Of a stretch of DNA of 64,000 bases, positions 39,501 to 48,810 are shown in pieces. The stretch's first letter is position 1; every line of letters starts with the position of its first letter. The stretch is from Clostridia bacterium (lineage in GTDB: Bacteria; Bacillota; Clostridia; Christensenellales; UBA1242). Both the position numbers and the translations under genes were made by a program. The notes beneath the pieces were generated by a model, which did no database searches, was not told the origin of the DNA, and saw only the letters and a program-made list of their open reading frames with translations. Location of the stretch: NCBI GenBank assembly GCA_017541375.1, contig JAFXZE010000008.1, forward strand, positions 6,207 through 70,206, read 5' to 3'.

Positions 39501-42500
39501 GCGGAAAGTAGTGAAAAAGACATAGATATTAGCTTTTTACCAACGAATGTGAATAAGGTAAATCTATCATTTTATACCAAAGGTCTAGAAATGTTAGAAA
39601 AGGGCGAAGAAATGCCATCGTTATCAATATCTACTACGGAAATGGGGGTACTAATGATTGAGGTTGTGCAAGATTATGCCGACTTTGATTATTGTGTAAT
39701 ATATCCTTTAGTTAGTGATGGAGATGTATCTATTCAGCAATTGGTTAAAAAGTACGATGAAAATCTTTTGCCACAAATTCACAACCTAGAGACCACCTAT
39801 ATCGACGGTGGGGTGTTTATTGGTAAGTATTCCGAATTAATAGGGGTCAACTTTGCTCCATTTTCGGGAGTGATGTATGCTAGAGTGTTGATAGGTGGTA
39901 AATTTGTTGAAGGCGATACTTGTCCAATACAGGTAAAACTCTTTAAAAACGGAAATATAGAAGTAGCTTCAGCACAAATTGTTTTGGTTACTGACTTTGT
40001 GTCACATGCAACTTTGACGTTAGATCAATCTACTCAGTCAAGCTACATTGATAATACTGTGGGATTGGGTACCCAAGCTAGATTGGTCCTAAATGGGGAA
40101 TTTAGAAATTGCGTTTTAAACAGACTAGACATTTTGGATAATGCTGGTAGTAGCATATTAGCTACAGGTTTAGAAAATGCATTGGATAAGTGTTATATTA
40201 GTTTTAAAAATCTCAATAATTTGGGGAGTGCAGGACGAGAAGTTGTAAACAGAGAGCTGTGGTTATATGTCGGTCCGGGAATTAGTGAAAGTGTTACATA
40301 CATAACTGTAGTACTTAACTATACACAACAAAGTGTTGCAGATAAATTGCCATATAGCTTGATTGTGAAATTAAAACTGTATTTAGTAGCTTATCAAGTT
40401 ATCTCAGCTACTGTGACCAATTTAGATAATGGTGCATTAGTAGTACAAACACAAACACCTGCCGACCTGATTGCTATGCTAAATTGTCTAGAGCCTGATT
40501 ATGAAGTTTATAAAAATTATGTAGCTACTCCAGTAGCGCAAAACGACTTTAATGAAGCAGTCGAGGTTATTAAAGCGAAATTGAAAACTGCAGAAAGTCA
40601 ATTAAATATCTGCTACAATGGTATATTAATTTGGGAATACAAGCCTTTTAATGGAAATTATACAAAAATCAATCTACCTACTCAAGGAAATAAGATTAAT
40701 TATGGTGATTTTTATATCCAAATGCGTAATGGTGACTCTAATGAGTATCTCAACTATGTTATCGAGGGCATAAATACTGTTTCTGATTTGTCATTTAAAT
40801 TAAGGTTTAAGTTTGGTTATAGTGAACAAGTGCTTGTGAGAATAAAAGATGGAGATACCGAAAGTGGACTTGTTAATAACCAAGCTAAAGAGATAGACTT
40901 TGAGTTTAAGGTAAACATAATCGGTGGAACAGTGATAAACACTCATCCCACTCCTATAAGTAGCGCATCAGAGTTTAGGTCTATAGTAAATGGTGGAAGT
41001 TACATACTAAGTAGAGATATTGATTTGGGATCTGATTGGGAACCACTGGACTTGGTGACTCAAAATGGCAATAGCTTAACTCTTGATGGAAACGGATTTA
41101 TTATCAAAGTTAGTGGTTTCAAAGTTGATGATAACAAAAATAACATTGGAGTATTTAGCACTATTGGCTCTAATGTAGTGCTGACTAATCTTATTATTGA
41201 TGTAGATATCAATGTAATCGATTTGCAACAACATAGTAGTATAAACTTTGGTTTCTTAGCGGGAAGTAATCAAGGAATTATTTATAATTGTGATGTGCTT
41301 ACCACCTCACTTGGCGAAGTGACTGTCATAAATGGGGCAAAAGAGGAGGCTATGGCGGCTAGCACTAATGATGAATTTAATAACCAAAATCAGACAGCTG
41401 AACAATTGTTGGTGGAAACTAATCCCACAAAATACTCTGTATATATCGTAGTAAGTAAAAATACTATCAGTAATATGGGTGGGTTTGTAGGAGTAAATGA
41501 TGGATACATAACTAATTGTCGTGTAGGAAGACTCACTGAAAATAGTACAAAACTTAAAGGAACAGACAAACAAGTCACTCAAGGGATAAATATCTTTGGT
41601 TATGGCAACCTTGGTGGGTTTGTCGGTGTAAACAATAGGACTATTTCAAATTCTTACTATAAAAATGGTGATATCATAAACTATGCAAGATCATCCGCAA
41701 CTACCGGTGGCTTTGTAGCGAGAAATAGCGGCTCAGGACTAATTTTTGGATGCTTTGTGGAGGGAAGAAGAGCAGATGGTAGTCGCCAGCCTCGGTGCGA
41801 ATATGGTGGAGTAAGAGCTGTCGTCGGTACGGTGGGCGGTTTTGTGCATAACAATTCTGGTAAAATAGAAAATAGTTACTCAAATATTCGGTTAATAGGT
41901 GCTTCAATTTATGTTGGTGGATTTGTTTATAACAACTTTACCACATCGCGTATAGCAAATTGTTATACAGCATGTGAAGTAGATGAATCCAACGTATCTA
42001 CAGGAGTATTTATAGGTAGAGATCGTACAGGAAGAATAATGCAAGAGAATGGAGCTGAGATTACTAATTCTTACTATTACACAGACCAGCTTGTTGCAAG
42101 TAATCCTCAAAAAGAGTATGTTACTCCAGTTGATCTAAAAGGCTGGTCCGACCGCACTGGAAAATCATTTACTGGTTTTGTATTTGGTCAGAATGGAGTA
42201 AACTGTGTTTGGCAATTTGATAATTTGCATTCAAGTTTTGGTCCACAACTTTCCTTTGCGGATACTATTTATTACTCTCATAGAGACATAACTAATAATT
42301 ATGCATATTCAGTAGGTGAAGGGCTTGGTACGCGCTATAACCCAATACTAATCACAAGCTTTAATGAAGAAAATAGTTATTCTAGCTGGGCGAGTGTATT
42401 TGAAAATAACGCAATAATAGGGGCTGACAATAGCCGCAAAGTGCCTAATGGTGTGTATATTTCATTGCTTAGGGATATAACATTTGTAGGGAGAGAAGAA

Positions 42501-45500
42501 TATACTCATTCATTCAAAACTGATTTTAGTGGTGTATTATATGGGAATGGATACACATTATCTGGCCTGAGTTATAATTCTAGTGAAAATGTAGATAATT
42601 TTGGCTTGTTTAAGACAATTGATAGCGGACAAGTACACAGCTTTAATATTTCTGTAGGAAATTACATTTCAGCAGCCGACAATTTTGGAGTACTGGCAGG
42701 TACAATAAAAGGTAATTCATTTATTGATAATGTAAAAATATATGAAGGCATCTTAAATGGTAGACAAAATATTGGTGGACTTGCTGCTATAATTGAAGGA
42801 AATAGTTTTGTGCAATATGTTGTTGTACAAAACATATCGATTAATGCATCAGAGGTTCCCAATGTTGGAGAATATTATGTAGGTGGAGTTGCTGGAAAAA
42901 TCGATTTGGATGAAAGTACTGCTAACAGCATAGATAATTCACCACGGATTTATAGTTTGATAGCTCAAGGTGATATAAATTTAACAGGATATGTGGTAGG
43001 TGGAGTAGTTGGTTATATAGGTTCCAACACCGAAACAGACAACATAGCATTATATGTTGAACAATTTGCTAACAGCAAGTTGAAGTCTAATGGTGATTAT
43101 GTTGGTGGAATAGTAGGTAGGTTAGAAGGAACATTGAGTTCGGCCTACTTAGGCGCAAGCATAATTTCACAAAAACAACTAGATGAAAATGGTACTTATG
43201 TTGGATATTTAGGTTTATTCACTGATAATACTTCTTCAGCTGGTGGTTTAGTTGGAATATTAAATGGCGGAACATTACAGTACTCATACAGTAGAGCGGG
43301 CGTAGAAGCCAATACTGCTGCAAATAAGTATAAAGGAAGTATCATAGGAGAGGCGATAAGTGGCTATATAAATGAAATTTATACGATTTCTACACTTGAT
43401 GTTATAGGAAATATAATTAGTTGTGTAGAAGAAAAAGTCGTATTGATATCAAATTCAGCTATTTTAGATATCGATTCGCCTGACTATGTATTTAAAGACT
43501 TCAATGCAAAGAAATGGGTGTTAGAAAATGGGAAATTCCCAACTCTAATTAACAACTATGTGTTTAATGTGGTAATTCCTGAAGATCCAGGTGAAATAGA
43601 TGAAAAAACTTATTTAGATAATGTCATCGCAGCTATTTTAAGTGCTGATTCACACACAACTATAAGCTTAGAGAGGGATATTACTATTACGGTTAGTGAC
43701 GGGCAATACATAGACCCAGATTCTAGCGAAGTGGTCTCTGGTAAGGTGTGGGCATCGATAGAAGATGGTGTTATTAAACTATCCAAATATCAATATACGC
43801 CTTTATCAAATCTAAAAGATAGTAGTCAAAAAGTATTATCAGGCGGGCTAGAGGGACGAGTAGAAGACAATGGTACAATTCGAAACGCAAAGATAACATT
43901 TGTTGGGCTAGATGATAGCTATAATTCGTTCTTTGGTGAACTGAATAACTTTAGCATATTGAATGTGGATTTTGAATTTCAATTTGTTTCAAACACCAAC
44001 ATATCGACCAATTCATTTGGGCTACTAGCAAGTAAAGCAAGTGCTTGTACATTTGAAAATATGTCTGTTGAGTTTAGCAATTTATCATCAATCGAACAAG
44101 AAAATCATTCAATATTTAATGTGGGTATGATTGTTCCAGAGGCAAGTAATTCTGTATTTTGTAATGTAAACATTGTAGGGCAAACAGATTTGATAATATT
44201 TGATGATACTTATGTAAATATTGGTGGATTGGTTGGTAAAAATACTAATGAAGGATATAGTTTAACATTCTCTATTATTGATGTTTCAAATCTAAGATTG
44301 AGTGTTACTAATGCTGGAGGAAGTGGGACAAGCTCTAATCTGCAAGTTTCTCTTGGTGGAATCATAGGCTATTCCAGTGAAATGGTGTTGATAGAAGAGT
44401 GCAATGCTATATCAAACTTAACCTGTACATTGGGTAACTATAGAAATACGAGTGAAGTTTACATAGGTGGAATGATAGGATATACCGGAGTGGAAAATTC
44501 ATACATAAAAGAATATTTCACTCAAGCAAGCGTTCCTAATATTATTGTTTCTATAGATTCAACTAACCCAACACTTTATGTAGGAGGATTAGCTGGTTGG
44601 TTCGCGGGCGAAGTATTAGAAAATCGTGTCGCATCCGAGATTATAATTACTTCTACTTTATCCAATCCAACAGATATGGTAGTTGGTGGAATAAGTGGAT
44701 ATATTTCCAATACTTATAGGCGAAGTGTTATCCCAGTACAAAACAATAGTTATAGTGGAAGTATTCATATAGTAGGCAATGGTGCAATCAGTTGTGGCGG
44801 AATTTTTGGGCAATATGATATGAAATTTAATGCTGATAACTCTAATACTGAATGTACGATGCTGTATAACACGACTTTTAGTGGTAGCATATCTATAACT
44901 GATGGAGGAAATAACGCCGTCAGCACATACGTAGCCAATACTTATGTTGGTGGAATTTTAGGCCAGAGCAATACAATTATTTCTTCGCAAGGAATAAAGT
45001 TTGATTTGTTTAAAGTTACTAATGCCATAATAGAAGATAGTGCAAATATTGCGATAAATTACTCTACAGCAAGCAATGATATAACAGTTTATGTTGGCGG
45101 TCTAGCAGGAAAAACTGACAGTATGTTATATTATAATACATCGAAGGCTAGCATAAATGTAGTTCGAAATTCGGCTGATGATGAAAAGACATTCATCGGT
45201 GGACTGGTCGGAGATATGCAAAATAGTTCCCATCAAGATAACGAAGTGATTTATTCAGTTAATGTTTCAAATGTCTCTACTTTAAATATAAAAGTTATGT
45301 TTGCCAAACTTATAGATAGCGCTGATGTATTAGGTAATGTGACTTCTATTGAGTTTATTCAATATAATTATAGTTATACTCTAGACCCTAAAAACAAACT
45401 TAGCATCAACGAGTTAGGTTTAAACAATTATTTTGTTACAGATAATCTGAGTGTATATTTATACGAAAACAAAACTAAATTGTTGTTTGTAGGTGAGGGG

Positions 45501-46097
45501 AAAATTATTGCAAAGGAAAACTTAAATAATTTGTTTGTGCGAATCATACCCAAAATAGAGCAAATTCAATCTATCAAGACGGAGCAATTAGATACTAGTG
45601 AAGTAACAAGCATGGCAAGCATGTTCTATGGATGTAGTGGGCTTACATATCTAGATATTTCTAATCTAAATGTAGCAAAAGTTACTTCTATGAGTAAATT
45701 ATTTGCTTATTGTGGTAACTTGACTAATATAAAGTTTGGCAACAATTTTGGTATTAAAGCAACCAACATGAGTTATATGTTCTATAGATGTTCTAGTCTG
45801 CAGAACTTGGATTTGAGTAATTTTAGTACTGATAAAGTGACTAATATGAGTTATTTGTTTGCTTATTGTAGCTCACTTTCTAGGGTTTATTTGTCAAGTT
45901 CATCTGGGTGGACTACGACAAGAGTATCAAACAGTAGTGACATGTTTAAGGGGTGTAGTGCCTTAGTTGGGTATTATAAAGATGAAGAAAATTATGAATA
46001 TACTACAACATATAGCTCTAGTCATGTAAATAAAGATTATGCAAAGATACGTACACAAACTGAAGAAGGGTACTTTACAAGTTTGTTATTTAAGTGA
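33528..46097 (+). CDS. Giant (4189 aa) putative surface lipoprotein: lipobox, Big_2-like Ig domains, four blocks of GLUG-type repeats, C-terminal DUF285/BspA-type 26-residue repeats
   Basis: Uninterrupted 12.57-kb ORF. N-terminal LTIVIGMVTWFSGC (lipobox-like). Big_2-like ..TIKVIAKGAGETTLTIKT.. Dozens of xIGG(V/L/I)(V/A)G(Y/F/L) motifs at about nt 36980-38080, 41140-42020, 42595-43350 and 44015-45220. C-terminal TSMASMFYGCSGLTYLDISNLNVAKVTSMSKLFAYCGNLT... at about nt 45590-45975. Confidence 0.85.
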   Translation: MKYKFCVYLFLTIVIGMVTWFSGCGDQYSKLKIVVSTSELTFDLDNDDASEYEATFTATVDGASKDMVSGLILELSDQTVASASVISAENNKYTIKVIAKGAGETTLTIKTKESAKVCYEGFKIIVSKTAESLSSVTQKFSIKRGDELKLSLDEMLRVYPERIYPAIATFSILPTPSEVRADEELSVLERETIAALWDEQYGDSRLLGLSVKDNVLIASPECDVGVLQILAEVNGLYSTFPVLVYEKIESIQIYEVERDEFNNWVALAEDPTLNVHLATNASVAKKYAVVLDNQLNTTQFRVDEIFDETNKLTIAQLEELEIRGKTYTCFSVGGFNGGETVLRINVDLLYVNDNEQAEVFTTIQKDFPVKIDTAVSGIDLKCSDGVFDEINQVYNIQSAYAANLLGEKFTVELSPKAATDPSFSLGVASDMQGLVSVYVSTDDFVEKPSGKAETVKYDWQASSAIRLRGNSVIYIKYEGNENAAKNFDITIFAGFANECEATFSFKVVDAVKSLSVSSDDIKLVLGNDISQADGGMLLTVSAATTQVDTVLKISSSVDVVNIKESTEYGRTPSNGVLTINYEITAKAEGRTVIEISSLSGYSCRIVCNCYLAVDKSIAKLYVQDQTKNNIINVDSATLIGNELNLSMRKGKTIDIGYQMFENYYDESFKEHSYYFENISVSKEIESDVYEETFGYISVDSSEIITKHSFKLTPNQAAENQKFKIELTIGFVKKSGNTWSEDSVTLKILLDVISPIKDMSWARVIDSEPATFECIGQYNTATLYPKNEIYRDDESYHAEFYFAYDSLIDTDIGVEYSIDLDSNELAYAIDLENVLSNSQSLLNCTKLTLTFLKWPEDNTQQALDLKITIVTMKFREIKQLSCYVSLKHPLKVNELKLAGAKKHAVIFGEDDSEIYQERDMELNSSNMTTAGNETTYSFAINKLAGAERFDEIELLINVSPLNALNTQYGMYVKNSINGQFNPPIKDYFKFENNRIIYQKIDDKDFTGLVTIYIYPLDHEVDGVEVNDQIIRNGTDLENPTPWPFIKIELSICNGSQGNPYQIYDANDFLDIYSLSNSRVPNRLHRYVLKNNIDLSKLYMEKSELTQNRLAQIGSFFEFQDILESESKNGFSQRYAVSGIRLNKVVSDEDNKNYVGLFSILSGSITNVNFNVDMDFATESTINVDYLGLLAGKVKNKLGDYENYTDYKNISGVKVQGSLLDIKIGGVNTDLIYIGGVAGLVDNNVEIERLKFSGIIDLNLAANGRVGGMFGKSNSSIDNISNNTEFSQQSIELNVYASPNTLTDVAIGGLVGEFAGAMISNVGVAGKVYAPTLDRVGGVVGFNDGGNLVNIKTTANVVGHSNVGGVVGYNSNSGVLTAVYAENYVSDTMFEYALARGYSNIGGIIGYSEGGEISYSYVQTFAYRMFKKLSISTQADYVGDVWGTVNVGGLVGFAQDITILSCFANINIQLNWIGDDPKNLGGLIGCCEGGKIQHAYANCRTFKGGNSSNVGQLIGKLSGYVQTEGFVNVLGSEIKDVYGYVFEENINVLVGRDLSWVGEIILTYTADDDEITIPHSFDMVDYYFVSEEAIENIVGITNRNHEELQNINLRYRLPVEHDEGDVEKWLEGVDDENDYLPRLTKEDGSQLNPPPVESLTITPKIIENIPEDEDVTTAGVSVFDNGGPIGLIIDLAYRDGEDNGILLGQIAEIKIEKLGASTEVDITSSNPSVVSLILDENEHNYNFESNRILPKAIGASTITVVSRATPSIKAMLYINVICSSGFGVKKNAEDIVGISIINDGSENISSYNYNVRINESQVLQGYYLNNGSYEQNNNVEYGYIVDDDETILSATQNYTINVDETKIVGVKAYWVLDFGGEKFISEFSSDIIFFTFNPYYPIQNFDVSCTDATPSSGESTRFVARVEAEYVGDINISYSVTGDHVEYIDKVQVLVVDSSTPSKYKELRVEVYLNDEYKAISSPLEYKFTFKATTQYEAESSEKDIDISFLPTNVNKVNLSFYTKGLEMLEKGEEMPSLSISTTEMGVLMIEVVQDYADFDYCVIYPLVSDGDVSIQQLVKKYDENLLPQIHNLETTYIDGGVFIGKYSELIGVNFAPFSGVMYARVLIGGKFVEGDTCPIQVKLFKNGNIEVASAQIVLVTDFVSHATLTLDQSTQSSYIDNTVGLGTQARLVLNGEFRNCVLNRLDILDNAGSSILATGLENALDKCYISFKNLNNLGSAGREVVNRELWLYVGPGISESVTYITVVLNYTQQSVADKLPYSLIVKLKLYLVAYQVISATVTNLDNGALVVQTQTPADLIAMLNCLEPDYEVYKNYVATPVAQNDFNEAVEVIKAKLKTAESQLNICYNGILIWEYKPFNGNYTKINLPTQGNKINYGDFYIQMRNGDSNEYLNYVIEGINTVSDLSFKLRFKFGYSEQVLVRIKDGDTESGLVNNQAKEIDFEFKVNIIGGTVINTHPTPISSASEFRSIVNGGSYILSRDIDLGSDWEPLDLVTQNGNSLTLDGNGFIIKVSGFKVDDNKNNIGVFSTIGSNVVLTNLIIDVDINVIDLQQHSSINFGFLAGSNQGIIYNCDVLTTSLGEVTVINGAKEEAMAASTNDEFNNQNQTAEQLLVETNPTKYSVYIVVSKNTISNMGGFVGVNDGYITNCRVGRLTENSTKLKGTDKQVTQGINIFGYGNLGGFVGVNNRTISNSYYKNGDIINYARSSATTGGFVARNSGSGLIFGCFVEGRRADGSRQPRCEYGGVRAVVGTVGGFVHNNSGKIENSYSNIRLIGASIYVGGFVYNNFTTSRIANCYTACEVDESNVSTGVFIGRDRTGRIMQENGAEITNSYYYTDQLVASNPQKEYVTPVDLKGWSDRTGKSFTGFVFGQNGVNCVWQFDNLHSSFGPQLSFADTIYYSHRDITNNYAYSVGEGLGTRYNPILITSFNEENSYSSWASVFENNAIIGADNSRKVPNGVYISLLRDITFVGREEYTHSFKTDFSGVLYGNGYTLSGLSYNSSENVDNFGLFKTIDSGQVHSFNISVGNYISAADNFGVLAGTIKGNSFIDNVKIYEGILNGRQNIGGLAAIIEGNSFVQYVVVQNISINASEVPNVGEYYVGGVAGKIDLDESTANSIDNSPRIYSLIAQGDINLTGYVVGGVVGYIGSNTETDNIALYVEQFANSKLKSNGDYVGGIVGRLEGTLSSAYLGASIISQKQLDENGTYVGYLGLFTDNTSSAGGLVGILNGGTLQYSYSRAGVEANTAANKYKGSIIGEAISGYINEIYTISTLDVIGNIISCVEEKVVLISNSAILDIDSPDYVFKDFNAKKWVLENGKFPTLINNYVFNVVIPEDPGEIDEKTYLDNVIAAILSADSHTTISLERDITITVSDGQYIDPDSSEVVSGKVWASIEDGVIKLSKYQYTPLSNLKDSSQKVLSGGLEGRVEDNGTIRNAKITFVGLDDSYNSFFGELNNFSILNVDFEFQFVSNTNISTNSFGLLASKASACTFENMSVEFSNLSSIEQENHSIFNVGMIVPEASNSVFCNVNIVGQTDLIIFDDTYVNIGGLVGKNTNEGYSLTFSIIDVSNLRLSVTNAGGSGTSSNLQVSLGGIIGYSSEMVLIEECNAISNLTCTLGNYRNTSEVYIGGMIGYTGVENSYIKEYFTQASVPNIIVSIDSTNPTLYVGGLAGWFAGEVLENRVASEIIITSTLSNPTDMVVGGISGYISNTYRRSVIPVQNNSYSGSIHIVGNGAISCGGIFGQYDMKFNADNSNTECTMLYNTTFSGSISITDGGNNAVSTYVANTYVGGILGQSNTIISSQGIKFDLFKVTNAIIEDSANIAINYSTASNDITVYVGGLAGKTDSMLYYNTSKASINVVRNSADDEKTFIGGLVGDMQNSSHQDNEVIYSVNVSNVSTLNIKVMFAKLIDSADVLGNVTSIEFIQYNYSYTLDPKNKLSINELGLNNYFVTDNLSVYLYENKTKLLFVGEGKIIAKENLNNLFVRIIPKIEQIQSIKTEQLDTSEVTSMASMFYGCSGLTYLDISNLNVAKVTSMSKLFAYCGNLTNIKFGNNFGIKATNMSYMFYRCSSLQNLDLSNFSTDKVTNMSYLFAYCSSLSRVYLSSSSGWTTTRVSNSSDMFKGCSALVGYYKDEENYEYTTTYSSSHVNKDYAKIRTQTEEGYFTSLLFK

Positions 46098-46099
46098 TA

Positions 46100-46130
46100 A
46101 AAGAAACAGATTATTTTCTGTTTCTTTTTA
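46100..46130 (+). terminator. Intrinsic terminator after the giant gene
   Basis: AAGAAACAG-ATTATTTT-CTGTTTCTTTTT. Confidence 0.8.
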
Positions 46131-46212
46131 CTTTTAATTTGCAAAAAAATTCTGTTTGTTGTATAATGAAAAGGTAGATAAAAGAGAAAGTTGTAAAACA
46201 TAGGAGGAGAGT

Positions 46213-47790
46213 GTGATATTTCACTTTAGGCCCATATTTTTAGGGTTTTTGTTTTTAGCTTTTGGAATACTTATGATGAAACTATTTACATTTGATAGCC
46301 ATCTATATCTAGTCATTCCACTCTTAATGTTTGTAGCTTATTTTGTTGTATTGGCATGTTCTAGAATATTTAGTGAAAAGTTTTTTATCAGTCTAAAGAA
46401 AAGTGTGAGTTATGTATCAGTAAGTCTGGTGGCTTTTGGTGCTGGCATTGGAGTGTTTTCATTAGTAAAGTTAGAGTACAAGGTAGATTTTGTTCCACTG
46501 GAATCTACTCCGTATGAGATAACCGGAGTAATGGATGGAAATGTGTTGAGCAATAGCAAGGCTGAGTATTTTTTTCTGAATAATGTGTATGTGTTTGAAG
46601 ATAATCAAGAAGTGCATCTAAAAAGAAATTTGAGAGTATATGTATCCAAAGAATTAGCCAGTCAACTTGATTTAGAACAAATAAAATCAGGTGATCAAGT
46701 GTTCTTTAAGGCATATTTAGACATGACTCCTGTGTTTAAGACTAACGGCATTGACTCGTTTGCATATAAAAACAATTTTCAGCATACAGCATATCTCTAT
46801 TCCACTAATGTAGCTTTTGTTGAAGGGAAGATGGATATATTTGATTTTACTAAAAATGCTGTCCATGATTTATATCAAAAGAATTTTGATCCGTTGTATG
46901 CTGGGTTTGCTCTGTCTGTGATATCTGGAGATAAAACAGAACTCGATAGTGAGATGTATTCCAATTTTTCTCGGGTAGGCATTGCTCACATCGTTGCTAT
47001 TAGTGGATTGCATGTAGGCTTTTTGGTAGTGATGCTCTTGTGGATGTTAAAGCGAAGTAGATTCAATAGGTGGGTAAAGCTTAGTATTGTAGTGGGAGTT
47101 TTATCAGTATATGCTATCTTTTGCGGCGCTAGTCCTAGTGTTGTTAGGGCAAGTATTATGGCGGTGATACTGTTGATTGGAAATTTATTTGGTAAACAAA
47201 CAGATAGCTTAAATAGTGTTTCACTTGCGGGGGTACTTATACTTTTGTTTGCGCCGTTATTTCTATTTGATTTGGGATTTTTGCTTAGTTTTGCTGGCGT
47301 GTTTGGAATATTTTTCCTTTACCCAGTATTAAAAAATGCGTTAAAGTTTTTGCATTACAAATGGATAATAAAAAGCCTAGCCATTACACTTAGCGCCGAT
47401 ATTGCTACATTACCAATCATTGCTAACCATTTTGGTTTTATTTCAGTTGTGAGTTGTATTTCCAATCTTGTTTTAGTGCCGCTATTTGGATTTATTTTCA
47501 TGCTCCTATTTGTGTTGACGATTATATGTTTGATTTTGCCATTTTTAGGATTTTTATTGCGTATTTGTCAATGGGGATTGTTAATTATCGAGCGTGGAGC
47601 AGCGTACTTAGCTTCATTACCATTTGCTAGTTTTGATTATTCTGGATTTAGAACTGGAGCACTAATTTCATACTATACGGGCATGTTTTGTGCAAGTAGA
47701 TATTTGATTATTTCACCCAAATCTAAAATAGCTTTAGTTTCACTTTGTTATGGGATATTTACTTGTTTTGTGTTGTTTGCACTAATTTAA
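46213..47790 (+). CDS. comEC: ComEC/Rec2-family DNA internalisation channel protein (short form, no C-terminal metallo-beta-lactamase domain)
   Basis: Polytopic. ...FSRVGIAHIVAISGLHVGFL... and ...ASPSVVRASIMA... are competence-domain motifs. GTG start after AGGAGGAG. Followed by holA as in many Bacillota. Confidence 0.85.
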   Translation: MIFHFRPIFLGFLFLAFGILMMKLFTFDSHLYLVIPLLMFVAYFVVLACSRIFSEKFFISLKKSVSYVSVSLVAFGAGIGVFSLVKLEYKVDFVPLESTPYEITGVMDGNVLSNSKAEYFFLNNVYVFEDNQEVHLKRNLRVYVSKELASQLDLEQIKSGDQVFFKAYLDMTPVFKTNGIDSFAYKNNFQHTAYLYSTNVAFVEGKMDIFDFTKNAVHDLYQKNFDPLYAGFALSVISGDKTELDSEMYSNFSRVGIAHIVAISGLHVGFLVVMLLWMLKRSRFNRWVKLSIVVGVLSVYAIFCGASPSVVRASIMAVILLIGNLFGKQTDSLNSVSLAGVLILLFAPLFLFDLGFLLSFAGVFGIFFLYPVLKNALKFLHYKWIIKSLAITLSADIATLPIIANHFGFISVVSCISNLVLVPLFGFIFMLLFVLTIICLILPFLGFLLRICQWGLLIIERGAAYLASLPFASFDYSGFRTGALISYYTGMFCASRYLIISPKSKIALVSLCYGIFTCFVLFALI

Positions 47791-47847
47791 TAAAATAAAC
47801 TTTACAATACTTTGGTTTTATGCTAAACTCTCGACTAAGGAGTCAAG

Positions 47848-48810
47848 ATGAAATTTCAAGATTTAAAGAAAAATTTAGTGAATAATTTGCCAAATTTATT
47901 TTTTATCAAAGGCGAAGATGCTTTTTTACGGGATAAAGCCGTAGAGATGATAAAAAATAGGGCTGTAACATTAAAAGAACTCAATGTGATTTGTTTTGAT
48001 GATGAAAGTACAGATATGGTTTCTATCATCAATTCTTGTAGGTCGTTACCTATGATGGATGAGCATAAAGTAGTAATCTTAAAAAACTTAGCTATCAAAA
48101 AGGCTGAAGAATTAGCTCCATTAGTGCAATATGCCTCATCCCCAGTGGATACGACTATTTTGGTAGTGGTGGCAAATGAAAATATAGCTTTATACAAAAA
48201 ATATGAAGAAAAGGCTGTTGTGGTGGATTGTTCTTATCTTGATGGGGTAATGTTGAGTAAACTCATTGTTACTGAGTTATCCAAAAGAAAAGTGCAGATA
48301 AATCAAGATGCACTTAATGCCGTGATAGAATATTGCAACTATGACTATACTCGCATAAGTAATGAAGTAATTAAGTTATCCAATTTTGTAGGAGATGGAC
48401 AGATTATCAATTTGGAAACAGTCAAGCAAAATGTAACTAAAGATGTGGAATATGACATATTTGAGTTTACTAATGCAGTATCAGGGCGAGATGGAAAAAC
48501 TGCTATTTCAATTGTGAAAAATTTACTTATGCATAAAGAGCCACCTATAAAATTGATGGTACTTATTCACAACTCATTTAGACGCATGTTTTTTGCTTTG
48601 AGTACAACAGCTGATAATGAAACAGTTGCATCTCAACTTGGTACAAAACCTTATGCGGTAAAGATAGCAAGGGAACAGGGAGCCAAATTTGGCATAGCTA
48701 AATTAAAAAAATTTATGGATTTGGGCGCAAAACTTGATTTTGATATCAAAAATGGAAAGATGGCGGAGGAAAATGCGTTGATATTTTTTGTAACATCAAT
48801 CTGTGCTTAA
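47848..48810 (+). CDS. holA: DNA polymerase III delta subunit
   Basis: 320 aa. N-terminal ...LFFIKGEDAFL.DKAV..I... pattern, and the conserved comEC-holA synteny. Confidence 0.8.
   Translation: MKFQDLKKNLVNNLPNLFFIKGEDAFLRDKAVEMIKNRAVTLKELNVICFDDESTDMVSIINSCRSLPMMDEHKVVILKNLAIKKAEELAPLVQYASSPVDTTILVVVANENIALYKKYEEKAVVVDCSYLDGVMLSKLIVTELSKRKVQINQDALNAVIEYCNYDYTRISNEVIKLSNFVGDGQIINLETVKQNVTKDVEYDIFEFTNAVSGRDGKTAISIVKNLLMHKEPPIKLMVLIHNSFRRMFFALSTTADNETVASQLGTKPYAVKIAREQGAKFGIAKLKKFMDLGAKLDFDIKNGKMAEENALIFFVTSICA

Noticed and set aside
33528-46097. Possibility that the 12.6-kb ORF is a fusion of several genes or contains a hidden frameshift.
   Set aside because: The frame is continuously open with a single RBS and promoter at the 5' end and a single terminator at the 3' end. 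The antisense ORFs listed inside it are short and low-complexity. Assembly collapse of repeats cannot be excluded from sequence alone.
48796-48810. 15-nt convergent overlap of the holA and alr 3' ends as a possible regulatory feature.
   Set aside because: Short convergent overlaps are common in compact genomes. No hairpin or other signal is seen there.
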